Source: Eledone cirrhosa
Lineage: Eukaryota
Direction: 5' to 3'
Length of the DNA stretch: 64,000 bases
Assembly (NCBI GenBank): GCA_964016885.1
Contig: OZ024740.1
Span: 139,066,001 to 139,130,000, forward strand
Shown: piece after piece, positions 51,312-62,247 of the stretch
Layout of the letters: the number at the start of each line of letters is the position of its first letter
Position numbering within the stretch: the stretch's first letter is position 1
The notes under the pieces: generated by a model
Told to the model about the DNA's origin: nothing
Databases searched by the model: none
The model's input: only the letters and a program-made list of their open reading frames with translations
Translations under genes and position numbers: made by a program

Positions 51312-54300
51312 GTTTCTTTTATTTGCCACTAGGGCATCAAAAGTGGGACAAGTACAAAGGGGGGAGTTTACACAAAAAGGCGTCCTCAATAAGGAGGAGG
51401 CAATAACAAAATATAAAAATAAAATAAGATATAACAAAAAATAAAATTTTTAACAAAATCCTCAATAGAGAGGAGGCGCCTTGGGGGGTCGCACACACCC
51501 CCGAAAAAAGTGTGCAACCCTTTTCCTCAGGAGCACAGAGAGGGGGTGCTCCCTCGTTCCTTCCTCTTTTCCACCTACAGGCTTATGTAAAGAGAAGGCC
51601 CATTCACACGGGCCATTCTCGCCACTTTCACCCACCTTTCATAAAAACGACTGGGGTGCAGCACCTCTCTCTCCATCCTGATCCTTCTTCCGAAATGATA
51701 TCGGAAGAAACGGACCAGTTGTTGGCCAGAGAGAAAGGTGCCTGACCTCAGTCCTTTCAGACGCGTCCACCATACAACCTCTTTCGCCATGGCTATTACG
51801 CACAGAAACACCGCCTCTGCTTCATCTTTGAAGGGGGGAGGCGGCTTGATCATTACAATAGACTCGGTGGTCAACCGGATCGGTCCCACCCTTGACAGCA
51901 GTTCGACATAGCCCCACAGATCGGCTACGCCCGAGCAGTGTACCAATGCGTGTGCAACGGTTTCCTCGTCGCACACGCATCTGGGACAGATCTTTTTGGC
52001 GGGGTCCCTACCCGGGCGCCCGTGTCTGTAGAGCCTTTCTCGAACGGGTAAAGCCCCTCGGTAGCACTGCCAGGCCAGGGACTTCTGGAAGTTGTCCATA
52101 GGTCCCGGGCTGAATGTCCTACCGAACAGGCTGGCCAGTTCGTCCTCCTCCATGTCTAGGGCTTCTCCGAGTGCGTCGTCGCACCTGCTGCGTACCAGCC
52201 CTCTATAGAATGTTGCGGTGGAGTCTCCACTGATAACCGGATCCGCCTGCCAGAGGGCGGTGAGCGCCTGGGCACACTCAGTGTGCCAGGTGCCCAGTTT
52301 TCTCGGTCTTTGCTTGACCCAGGATTGCAGCTCGGTGAGTGAGACGAGTCTGGGAAAGGTTCGTCTCACAAACGAGGCCCACACCGGTTGTCCGGTGAGG
52401 AATACGTAGAGGTGCCGTAGCCTTAATGCGTGTTTACGCATCATTCGCCACGGCATCCCCAGCCCTCCTTTCGAAGGGTGTTGACAGCAGATGGATCTCC
52501 TCACCATAGGAGCCCGCCTCTTCCAAAGGAATTGGAAGAGCGCGCGCTCCATCTTGGTGAGGGTTTCCCTTGGGCAGGGCACTACGGTCAGGCGGTAGTA
52601 GATGACGGACGCTATATAAGTGTTCGCCACCTCCGCCCGACCTTTCAGGGATAGTTTGCAACTGGCCCACTTCTGGGTCAGTGCAAACACCCTGTTCGTA
52701 ACCTCCGCCCAGTTTTTCTCCACCTGGAGGTCCGGTCCGAACCAGACCCCGAGCAACTTCACCGGGCCCTCCGTCCAGCGTCCGACGACGCCATCAGAGG
52801 GCATCGGTCTGCCCCTCCACGTGCCGAGTTGCAAACCGATCGACTTGTCCCGGTTCAGCTTAGCCCCTGTGAACTTTTCGTACTCCTCCAGTAAGGTGCC
52901 GACCGCCTCGATTTCGGAGGCCGTCGACACCATTACTGTCACATCATCGGCGTAGGCTGACACCGCTTTCCGCAATCCCGGTTCCAAAGGGATGCCCTGC
53001 AACAACTCCAACTTCCGCAGTAGTGGCTCGAGAGTCAACACATACAGAAAGGAGGAGAGAGGGCACCCTTGTCGGATGGACCGCGCGATTTTGAACGGCT
53101 CCGAGAGGTAGCCGTTCACCTTGACCCTAGAGCAGATGCGGCTGCTGTGCATAGCAGTGATCCAGCCCCTGAAAACGGGTCCGAAGCCTGCCGCCGCTAG
53201 CACCGCATCCAGGTAACCATGGTCGACCCTATCGAACGCCTTAGATTGATCCAAGTTGATCAGAGCCCCACCAAAGCCGGGTTCGTTCCCAACCCTCTCT
53301 ATGATGTATCGCATGAGGTGGAGGTTGTCATGGATGGACTTGGACGGGATAGCGCATGTCTGCGCATCTCCCACCAGGTTGCCTACGACAAGCGCCAACC
53401 TCTTTGCTAGCACCTTGGCCAAAATCTGTAACTCTGTATTTAGCAGAGTTATGGGCCTGAAGTTACTTATTTCGTCCCCCTTGTTCTCGTCCTTCCTCAC
53501 TAGCGTGACTACGCCCTTGGTCACAGTACAGGGAATTCTCCCGTTCTGTTGCCAGTTGCAGTAGACCGCCTCGAGGAGATCGGGGAACAAGTCCGGCATA
53601 GCTAGATATAATTCGTAAGGAAGACCATCGAGACCCGGGGATTTGCGTTTGCCGCATTGGCTCAGCACGTCCTCTATCTCAGCGGCCGAAATCGGCTCCT
53701 CGCAGGACTTCGCCTCCCTGTCCGAGAGGCGCGGCAGGCCGTCGAGGTATGGACCGAAGTCCACGTTCCCAACCGGCTCCCCGCCCCTCCCGAACAGTCG
53801 GGCAAAGTGCCTTTGAAAGGCCTCACACATCTGCTTAGGCTCAAGAATCGCCCGTCCATCCAGGTCTCGCAAAGACCGGATGGTGGATTTAGTTCCACTG
53901 TTGGCCTCTGTCACGCGGGCCCAGCTAACAGCTTTGGCCCCCTCGTTCCCTAGAGCACGTATTTTACTTCGGACAACGCAGCCTTCGTGCTTCGCGTCGA
54001 AAAACTGGCTCAAAGCCGTTCTCGACGCTAGCACTCTGGCCACGTCGCCGCTTCTAATTGCCTCTTCTACTCTATCTATTAGCTCCCTTTCCTTCCTATT
54101 CCTATCCGCAGCTAGAACCTTACTAAATTCAATCGAGACTACTCTAATCTCTCTCTTTAGAGATACCCACCACCTGCTGTTGACGATCGCTCCAGTAAAC
54201 CGTTCCTTAACTAACGTACTAATCCGATTCCTGTAGGCTCTACTTGCCGGCAAGGACAAGTTGAGCTTCCAGTAACCGGGGCCCTGTCTATGCGTTCTAT

Positions 54301-54435
54301 CAAGGTTGACCATGCAGGTCACCAACTTGTGGTCTGAATAGCCAACCATGAGCATTTCTGGACAACTTAAAAAGTCCCTGTCCTTATTTCTAACTAAAAA
54401 TCTATCTAGGTACGATCTAGATGATCCGTTTCGGA
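51312..54435 (-). mobile_element. L1/Tx1-clade non-LTR retrotransposon, 5'-truncated within the endonuclease
   Basis: GC-rich block with ORF2 and a ~260-bp 3' UTR ending CCCTAGTGGCAAATAAAAGAAAC. The 5' boundary is approximate and no clear TSD was found. Confidence 0.92.
51575..54435 (-). CDS. LINE ORF2, partial: end of APE endonuclease, reverse transcriptase, C-terminal zinc knuckle
   Basis: SYLDRFLV..YSDHKLV (APE C-terminus), GYWKLN, KSPGLDG, FRPITLLN, DQSKAFDRVDH, IRQGCPLS, AYADDV, CPRC..ETVAHALVHC. About 950 codons without a stop. The ATG at 54496 probably lies in flanking DNA. Confidence 0.88.
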
Positions 54436-54796
54436 CTGTTATTGGGATTTGGAATTTGTTGCTGATATTGTTGATCTTGTCCAACGATTGGTACATTGGT
54501 AAATATACATAGATACATAACTATTGATTGACAGTCAGGCAGTTAGGTAGGTATATAAATTGTTGTTTTATTTATTGTACGAAGATAGGCAGATAGGTAG
54601 GTAGTTGTTCGTTTCAGTACTGACTATCTTGTCAACACTTGTGAGAGAGAGAGGGTGTGGAATCGGAAGATAACAAATTACCATTTCCCAAACCAGTGTA
54701 AAGAAGTTGTCATGTGACACTTGTCCTTTATTATAAAAGATAAATATAACGCTGTCATTTTTACGGGAACCATGCTATTATATATATACCGATATA

Positions 54797-54987
54797 GGGC
54801 GGTGGATTGGCAGTATCGGTAGAGGGCCGGACGCCATGCTTTGCAGCACAGTTACGTCCCTTTACGGACTGAGTTCAAATCCCGCCGAGGTTAACTTTGC
54901 CTTTCATCCTTACGGGATCGATAAAATAAAGTACCAGTAATACAATGGAATAATTGCTGGCCTTGTGCCAAAAGTAGAAACAATTAT
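54797..54987 (+). mobile_element. Full-length tRNA-derived SINE (possibly Meta-domain type)
   Basis: A box TGGCAGTATCGG, B box GAGTTCAAATCC, central GCCTTTCATCCTTACGGGATCGATAAAATAAAGTACCAG, tail GCTGGCCTTGTGCCAAAAGTAGAAACAATTAT. The superfamily label is from memory. Confidence 0.85.
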
Positions 54988-55691
54988 ATATATACCGGAT
55001 CTCTCTGCATAAGCATTCCATTATAACATTTTAGTATGCTTAACCGCCGGGGGATAGATACTTTTAATATAACGTAGTAATGTTAATTTGATAGATTTGC
55101 GTATGGGAGGGGAAGAGAAATGTGTTATTTCATCTTAAAGCTAAGGCCTAATTGATTCGTAATTATATAATTAAATAAACCTATATATTTCTGAAAGAAT
55201 TTTACTAACTATTCTATAAAACTCATTGGTTAAAGAAAAACAATGGTGACAGTTATCATATGAGCCAACGAAAGAGTTTTTACAATTTTTCATGTGAGCT
55301 GTTAGAAATACTGTGAAATCGCACTCTAACCACGCTCTAGTATAATGAAAATAAGCACATGGTGTAGGTTAGTGCTGAAACCATACAAGTTAGTTATGGC
55401 TTAAATGTTGTTAATTATGAAAGATAACAACAACAACTATAACAATGTGATTGATATCTATGATACAGTCTGGTGTAGTGATGTACACACATTTTCAGAA
55501 GGTGGTCCACGAAATGAATGTGAAAACCTCAATGGACTCCCAGCGTGATTATGAACACTGTCAGCATGTGTATAATGTTATATATTGCTATAGATGGCAC
55601 CAGTTAAAGCAGTAAATGATATTGCGTCAATAGAGTGTTCTGTAGTGAAAATGTATATTCGCAGCGGCATCGGTTTCCTAATACATATTTA

Positions 55692-55693
<2 letters not shown>

Positions 55694-55754
<61 letters not shown>
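55694..55754. repeat. (GT)n microsatellite, followed by a probable SINE 3' tail to ~55890
   Basis: About 30 GT units. Downstream TACTGGGTCGAT..GTCGACTAAA..CCCCAGCAAGGCCGCAG resembles a SINE tail (recalled, not searched). Confidence 0.8.
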
Positions 55755-55757
<3 letters not shown>

Positions 55758-56890
55758 TGTGCACGAGCGTTTGTGTCTCTGTGTGTGTTTATATCCCATA
55801 AAATACCAAACTTTAAAAAGTAGATACTGGGTCGATATGGTCGACTAAATCAAGTTGGCTCCCCAGCAAGGCCGCAGACCAATGATCAGGAAAATATAAT
55901 AAATATATTTTTTTCTTTTTTAATATGGATAAATTCTCTGAAGCAATTTTTGCTTGATATCTTATTAAATTTAGGGTGGTGGAGGATGTCCATAAAACAT
56001 AGTAATTGCTTCAAGAAAAATAATTTGGGTAGCCACTAGTCTAGACAAGCGAAAACGTTCGCTGATGGATTCAGAAAAAAAATCTCGAAAATAAAGCACC
56101 CTTGTTTATGACCTCAGGAACAATAATGACCATTATGCTTCTGAACAAACAAGAAGAACGACAGTATGAGAATCAATATGAACAACACCAACAATACAAA
56201 AAGATACATCTGCAGAGTAATGAGATAAAAATATCCATCCGTATAAATCGATTTAAATGTCGTCATGAGATATTAAGGAATCCATTTTACGCTCTAAGCC
56301 GGATATGTTCCAACCGGAAGTTATGATTCATTTTGATTGTTATTGAATCACAAGAAAACATTGTTTTCCATAATGAATAATAACCGGAGGACGATCAGAT
56401 ATAAGACGTCTGACTGGATTCGGTAGAAAGACAGAGTAAAATTGGACTTACACACATATATATATATACGTGTGTGTATGGTGTGTGTGTCTTTGTATCC
56501 ATACATATACATTCTTATGTTTACTTATATATATAGAGAGAGGGGGGGGGGGGTGGAGAGAAAGAGAGAAAAGAAAGGGAGGTAGACAGTTAGATAGATA
56601 AGAACATATTTATACATATAATCTATGTATATATATGTGTATGTGTGTGCGTGTTTGTTTCGTGTGTGCGTGTGTATATGTGTGTGTGTATGTGTGTGTG
56701 TGTTTGTGTATGAGACTGTTAGTTTATTTCTAAGTGATCAGCATCGTTGAAGGGTTAGTCCATGATTTTTTTTTTTTACCTTAAAGGCAGAGGACTGATA
56801 TTGAAATTTGGGGGTTTTGTTATACCGGTTGTTTGCTTATATCTAAGCGCGAGTCATGCGCAGACAAACAATATATATGTATATAAACTA

Positions 56891-57545
56891 TAACAAAGAG
56901 AGGACAAGGCAACGAACGAAAACAAGGCAAAACGAAAAATAACTTTTTTACGAGGAACCCTTCAAAGCTTTTTTGAAAAAATAAAAATACAAACGAAAGA
57001 CACAGAACTCCAGGGTCATCAGGCGTTGAGATGGACTTTGGCAGTTTCGACCCCTATCAACGGTACTGATGATCCACTCTGGGTCACAGTGTCAGACATA
57101 AGCCAAACGCTGTCCAATGGAGTAAGAGGCGAGAGACAAAACATTAATTTATAGCAATTAAGCTATAACAAGTACACATGGAATTTTATGTGACGTCAGG
57201 GAGAAAGTGTGGTATTTTATATAGCACGAGTCTCATGAATGAAACAAAGGAAAAGAAAAAGGAAGAAAAAAGACAAGAAGAAAATAGTAAGATATCATGT
57301 TAAAAAATGTAAGCCGTTGAAATTAATGGGAGAGAAGAGATAATACGTTCGTGACATTAATATTGATGAACTTAAGAAAATTAACAAAGAGAGGACAAGA
57401 CAACGAATGAAAACAAGGCAAAACGAAAAACGATTTTTGAGGGGGAATCCTAAAAATATTTTTATTTAAAAAAATAAAAATACAAACGAAAGACACAGAA
57501 CTCCAGTGTCATCAGCCGTTGAGATAGATTTTGACAGTTTCGACA
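56891..57545. repeat. ~165-bp diverged direct repeat (56891-57052 and 57382-57545)
   Basis: TAACAAAGAGAGGACAAG..AAAACAAGGCAAAACGAAAA...AAATACAAACGAAAGACACAGAACTCCAG.GTCATCAG.CGTTGAGAT..CAGTTTCGAC occurs twice, ~490 bp apart. Confidence 0.85.
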
Positions 57546-57640
57546 ACTAGCAACGTCATCAGTTACAACAGTGACATATACAGGTGAACTTAAGTATATT
57601 CATAAGGATTCTATCCACCCCTATAGTTTTTAAAAATCTC

Positions 57641-58203
57641 ATTAATAATTGTTTCTACTATTGGCACAAGGCCAGCAATTACCCAGTGCATTACTGGTAC
57701 TTTATTTTATCGACCCCGTAAGGATGAAAGGCAAAGTTAACCTCGGCGGGATTTGAACTCCGAATGGCAAGGGCCGTAACTCTATGCGTCAAAGCATGGT
57801 GTCCGACCCTCTACCTATACTGCCAATGGTTTCTTATATAGGCACAAGGCCAGCAATTTTAGGGAAGGAGAAAGTCGATTAAATCTACCCCAGTGCGTGA
57901 CTGGTACTTTATTTTATCGACCCCGTAAAGATGAAAGGCAAAGTTAATCAAAGTTAATCAAAGTTAATCTCGGCGAGATTTGAACTCAGATCATAAAGGG
58001 TCGTAACTCTATGCTGCAAAGAATGGTGTCCGACGTTCTACCGATACTGCCAATCCACCGCCCATTAATAATTGTTTCTACTTTTGGCACAAGGCCAGCA
58101 ATTAATCAGTGCATTACTGGTACTTTATTTTATCAACCCCGTAAGGATGAAAGGCAAATTTAACCTCGGCGGGATTTGAGATTAACTTTGCATTTCATCC
58201 TTA
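57641..58203 (-). mobile_element. Three head-to-tail tRNA-derived SINE copies plus a short inverted piece
   Basis: GGCACAAGGCCAGCAATT...CTGGTACTTTATTTTATC.ACCCCGTAA.GATGAAAGGCAAA starts near 57660, 57840 and 58085. 58179-58203 is an inverted copy of the adjacent core. Confidence 0.88.
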
Positions 58204-58613
58204 CCAGCAAGAGGGTATCCAACCTCTCTTCTAACAAAAAGCAATTGATGTTTAAAGGACATGCATCTGGGTTGTGACAGTTACAGTTGTTGCTAGGTAG
58301 TAGTGTGTTCGTTTGATTAAATTTAGAAAGGCTCGAGGAAGCGATGGTTTGAGTTAAGTTTGGAACGGGCGAATAAAAGAGTTTAATTGTATTCTGTTAA
58401 AAAATTTGATACAATGTATGTTGTGATACGAAGTGTATATTAATTAGTTTCATAAAGATTTTTGTTATTGGAGTGACTGTAAAGTTAGGATCCAAAATTG
58501 AACCAGCTAAAAACTCTGTCAACTTTTATTTTATTATTATAGATGGCTTTCCCAAATGGTTCTTCTATGTATTTAATATACTCTGAAAATTCACTACTCG
58601 TCAGGGTTTCATT

Positions 58614-58686
<73 letters not shown>

Positions 58687-58866
58687 AAGTATATATCCCT
58701 ACACGCAAAAAGCGTCTAGGGACACATGTATTGTCCAACCATATGCCAATGTGGTTCAATGGAAGGTTAATAAATTTACGAGCCAGAACATATATAAACA
58801 AGGTTTAGCAAATAAGAAAAAGTTTCAAAATAAATTTTTAAAGATTCACTGTACTCACTATGGTTA

Positions 58867-58951
58867 CCTTTACCGAATCGGTTTCAAGTCTCAAAAATAA
58901 ATGGACAGTTCTTGCGGCCTTCCATTGAAAAGATAAACTCTCGTCAGAAGG
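58867..58951 (-). ncRNA. Type I hammerhead ribozyme motif, family 1, copy B
   Basis: CCUU-CUGACGA-GAGUUU[long hairpin]AGACUU-GAAA-CCG AUU CG-GUA^-AAGG. Complete core, 4-bp stem I, stem III ACCG/CGGU. Confidence 0.75.
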
Positions 58952-59301
58952 GTCTTTTCACTCGGAGAATATAAAATTCCCGAGTTCAAATTACGAACTG
59001 GCGCTATTCAAAATTGTTCCCGAGATGAGTTGGACAATACATGTGTCCCTAGACGCTTTTTGCGTGTAGGGATATATACTTTATTATTATTATTCTCCGC
59101 TTGGTCGAGATAAAATTTGGTCGTTCTGACTGCTGCTATTTATAGTGGTAGTAGACTGACCTCCCTGCCTCTGCTTCTATCTTTACACAAGCACTGGACA
59201 GAATTGCTTCCACATGATTCATTCTCATCTCGTGAACAATTTTGAATAGCGCCAGTTCGTAATTTGAACTCGGGAATTTTATATTCTCCGAGTGAAAAGA
59301 C

Positions 59302-59385
59302 CCTTCTGACGAGATTTATCTTTTCAATGGAAGGCCGCAAGGACTGTCCATTTATTTTTGAGACTCGAAACCGATTCGGTAAAGG
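59302..59385 (+). ncRNA. Type I hammerhead ribozyme motif, family 1, copy B'
   Basis: CCTT, then CTGACGA (59306-59312), GA...AATGGA aggCC GCAA GGactg TCCATT...TC, then GAAA (59367-59370), CCGATTCG GTA^ (59381), AAGG. Confidence 0.78.
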
Positions 59386-59453
59386 TAACCATAGTGAGTA
59401 CAGTGAATCTTTTAAAATTTATTTTGAAACTTTTTCTTATTTGCTAAACCTTG

Positions 59454-59525
<72 letters not shown>

Positions 59526-59650
59526 AGTTCTATTTAAATTGTTGGGATACAACAAGCAAATATTTTTATAACTGATATAAAGCACTCAACAAGTATTTGG
59601 AGTAAACATACGATATTAACAAATGGAAACTATATTTATAAAACCATATT

Positions 59651-59715
59651 TATTTCATTATACATATTTCAAGGACACCAAGTTAAATTATGGTGTGCTT
59701 TCATCAGACAAAATA
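59651..59715 (-). ncRNA. Type I hammerhead ribozyme motif, family 2, degenerate
   Basis: UAUUUUGU-CUGAUGA-AAGCACACCA[uaauuuaacu]UGGUGUCCUU-GAAAU-AUGU-AUA^-AUGAAAUA. Stem II pairs 9/10; stem I has 8 bp with two G-U. Confidence 0.65.
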
Positions 59716-59764
59716 TAATATAGATCAGTTTTATAAATAAATATTGACATACCCTTAAAAAATG

Positions 59765-59812
59765 CAACCATTACTGTTGGAAGCTCCCGGGAGCTTCCAA
59801 CAGTAATGGTTG
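59765..59812. repeat. Perfect 48-bp spacerless palindrome
   Basis: CAACCATTACTGTTGGAAGCTCCC|GGGAGCTTCCAACAGTAATGGTTG. Confidence 0.95.
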
Positions 59813-60045
59813 TAGCGGCGCCTGAGTACAGCAGACTTCTTCCAGAGAAAGATAGGAAGTGAGAGACAGGAAATGAGAAAGAGATATAGAGGAAGAATCG
59901 ACCCCAGTACTAGACTGGTACTTTTTTTATTGACCTCGAAAGGATGAAAGACAAAGTTGACCTCGGCAGGATTTGAACTCAGAGAGCAGTGAGCCGGAAC
60001 GAATACATCAAACCATTCTAAAGAATGTGGCAATTCACCGCCTTA
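59813..60045 (-). mobile_element. tRNA-derived SINE, long-tail subfamily
   Basis: GAGATATAGAGGAAGAATCGACCCCAGTACTAGACTGGTACTTT...GATGAAAGACAAAGTTGACCTCGGCAGGATTTGAACTC. Confidence 0.8.
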
Positions 60046-60470
60046 AAATTGTATGAAAAGAGGGGTAAAAAAAAACAATGTATATAGTGGACTATGCAAG
60101 AGGGTTCCAGTTTTGACCAACATGTAACCTTATACGCTCAGCCTCAGTGAAAGAGTTTTAGTTGATGACTGATGCCATTCAAACAGGCCTTTACCACCAT
60201 ATATAAACGAGTTCACACTTACTTACACACCATCCAAATCTGTATATAACGACACACCCTGCAATACAAACAAATATAGATTTATACACGCACACACATA
60301 TAAACGTACATATCAACTAGTATCTCAATGCCCACAGCGTTCGGAAATCGAACGAAATATTAATTCAAATCCACAAATACTCCAAACTACTCAAAATATC
60401 AATAATTTACTTCCAAACATCTCAGGTAGACACTCAAATCTCCGATAAACAAGCAAATATCAATAACTGC

Positions 60471-60531
<61 letters not shown>

Positions 60532-60874
60532 TAAACGGAATAGAAAATGCTGACAAATTGTTCACAGTTGAAAAATGGTTTAATTAGGAATAAAAGAGTA
60601 TTAGTGATTGTATGGGTTAGTATTCAGTTGTGGTTTTAAGTTTTTAAATTTTTACCGGTTGCGCATTTCTAAATGCTTTTCAAAAATAATTTTGAGATAG
60701 AGTGTCCGTGCTGTTTGCTCTGATCTGTATATATATATCTGATCTGTATATCTATATATATATATCGACAGTCGATCGACTTTCGTCAAATCGGACCGAG
60801 GAAACATTGTTTCCATTGGTCTTTCAAATTGCTAATACTATCTATCGGTCGCAAATCCAAGTAGAAGGATCAAC

Positions 60875-60933
60875 GTGACATAACGCATCGCCCGGTCCGG
60901 GAATCGAACTCACAACCTCACGATTACGAATCC
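60875..60933 (-). mobile_element. tRNA-derived SINE head fragment of a second family
   Basis: CCCGGTCCGGGAATCGAACTCAC reads GTGAGTTCGATTCCCGG (B box) on the minus strand. Confidence 0.5.
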
Positions 60934-60992
60934 ATATATATATATATATCAAAATGAAAATCCGAAGGCAAGGTAAAATTCCAATCATTTAA

Positions 60993-61066
60993 TCACGACA
61001 CATGTTTCAATAAGAGATATATCGATTGTGAAGCCACGATCGATTATCACTGATCTCATCAGGTGA
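60993..61066 (-). ncRNA. Type I hammerhead ribozyme motif, family 3
   Basis: UCAC-CUGAUGA-GAU[..GAUA AUCGAU c GUG gcuu CAC a AUCGAU a UAUC..]AUU-GAAAC-AUGU-GUC^-GUGA. Complete core, GUC site, self-complementary ACAUGU in stem/loop III. Confidence 0.72.
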
Positions 61067-61240
61067 AGATGAATTGTCTTCAAATTCTTGATATGAGGGA
61101 GAAAAAAAAATAACGTTCTCTCACAGAATTCATTCCCTCGTATGAAGACACACCAGCTAGAGACACGGCGACTGCTATTAACTTCAGTTGAGGTCATCAA
61201 AGTTGTCAGATCTCTATTGCTGCAAAAGACGCTGGGCACT

Positions 61241-61458
61241 AATCAAATCTGTAGGGATATAGTCGGTCACAGTTAATGTGAGTGGGTACACACACACTCC
61301 ACACCCACATACACCGGCTCGAGGTCAAAGAAAAATATATACATATATATACACACCTCAACACAGTATCAAACCTGTAGAATTATAGAAGGTCACAGTT
61401 AGTGTGGGTGGGTACACACACACTTTCACACACACCGAAGCGATGTCAGAGAAAAAAA
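61241..61458. repeat. Diverged two-copy tandem duplication, ~125-bp period
   Basis: ATCAAA.CTGTAG...TATAG..GGTCACAGTTA.TGTG.GTGGGTACACACACACT...GTCA.AGAAAAA at ~61242 and ~61368. Confidence 0.7.
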
Positions 61459-62247
61459 ACAAATATAAAAAAACAAATATAAGAATGTACCAACACAGCT
61501 TTCACCGAAAGTTAGTTCACAAAACAACAGATGTTTGGTCAAATCTCAATTTGACGATGTAAATTGGAAATATTGGGTTAACCAACGCCCCCCCCCCCCC
61601 CCCCACACACACACACAAGCAAGTAAGTTCAGTTCAGTGTTCTGCTATACGTGTATAGATTGAATTGTAACATCCATATCTGCAAGTGTATGTTATGGTA
61701 TATACACATCCAAATCGTCCAAAAAAGGGTATCTCTGGGTATATACACATCCATGTGAAGAGCAAGCAATCAGCTCATATCGAACTCAGTATGTACCGCT
61801 GTCCCACTGAGAATCCGAGTCACCAAATCCGTGCGTGCAAGCAACCGCAATGTAGGCCAACAAGGGGCTCCGTGTAGGGTTGGGTATTGGGTAAATGCGT
61901 CAGTAAGTGCGATTTCCCGTCATATGAGCCAATGAGCTTTTAAGATAGTTGTTTGAATGGTGGAGGTGTGTTATCCAACACAGAAGGTGAAGTAAGAAAA
62001 CACAGGACAGTCAAATCCAAAGGATGTATGTAGGCCCATTAATGGTGTGTAAGTATTATTGTTCAATCCGTAACAGTGAGTCCTCTATGGTTAGATGATC
62101 ACGGATCAAAACCTAGTGTAGTGTTAAGTCGGTAGGAACGTGACAGTCGTAATTATGGGAGCTCAATGTCTAAAGGAAACGGGTACTGTGTGTAGAGTTA
62201 TGTATAGAGAGCGTAATCGGTCCTAACTAAATGTGTAATACGACTAG

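Larger units (their letters stand above)
58681..59453. mobile_element. Interleaved inverted-repeat cassette (A-B-A'-B') between (TA)n tracts; probable Penelope-like pseudo-LTR or retrozyme-like element
   Basis: A (58681-58739) is the exact reverse complement of 59029-59087 (59 bp). B (58799-59029) is the reverse complement of 59224-59453 (4 substitutions, 1 indel). (TA)n at 58616-58682 and 59456-59523. B carries a hammerhead motif. Confidence 0.7.

Noticed and set aside
50375-54236. Plus-strand ORFs over the LINEs
   Set aside because: Antisense shadows of ORF2.
54436-54496. ATG at 54496 as the native ORF2 start
   Set aside because: Most of the endonuclease domain is missing and MYQSLDKINN... 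shows no recognisable homology, so it is probably a fortuitous in-frame flank.
54797-54890. tRNA gene
   Set aside because: A and B boxes are present, but they continue into a multi-copy SINE body and I could not fold a cloverleaf.
58540-58612. Fifth hammerhead (CCCTGACGAG on the minus strand at ~58597-58606)
   Set aside because: No properly placed GAAAC/NUH or closing stem II; at most a fragment.
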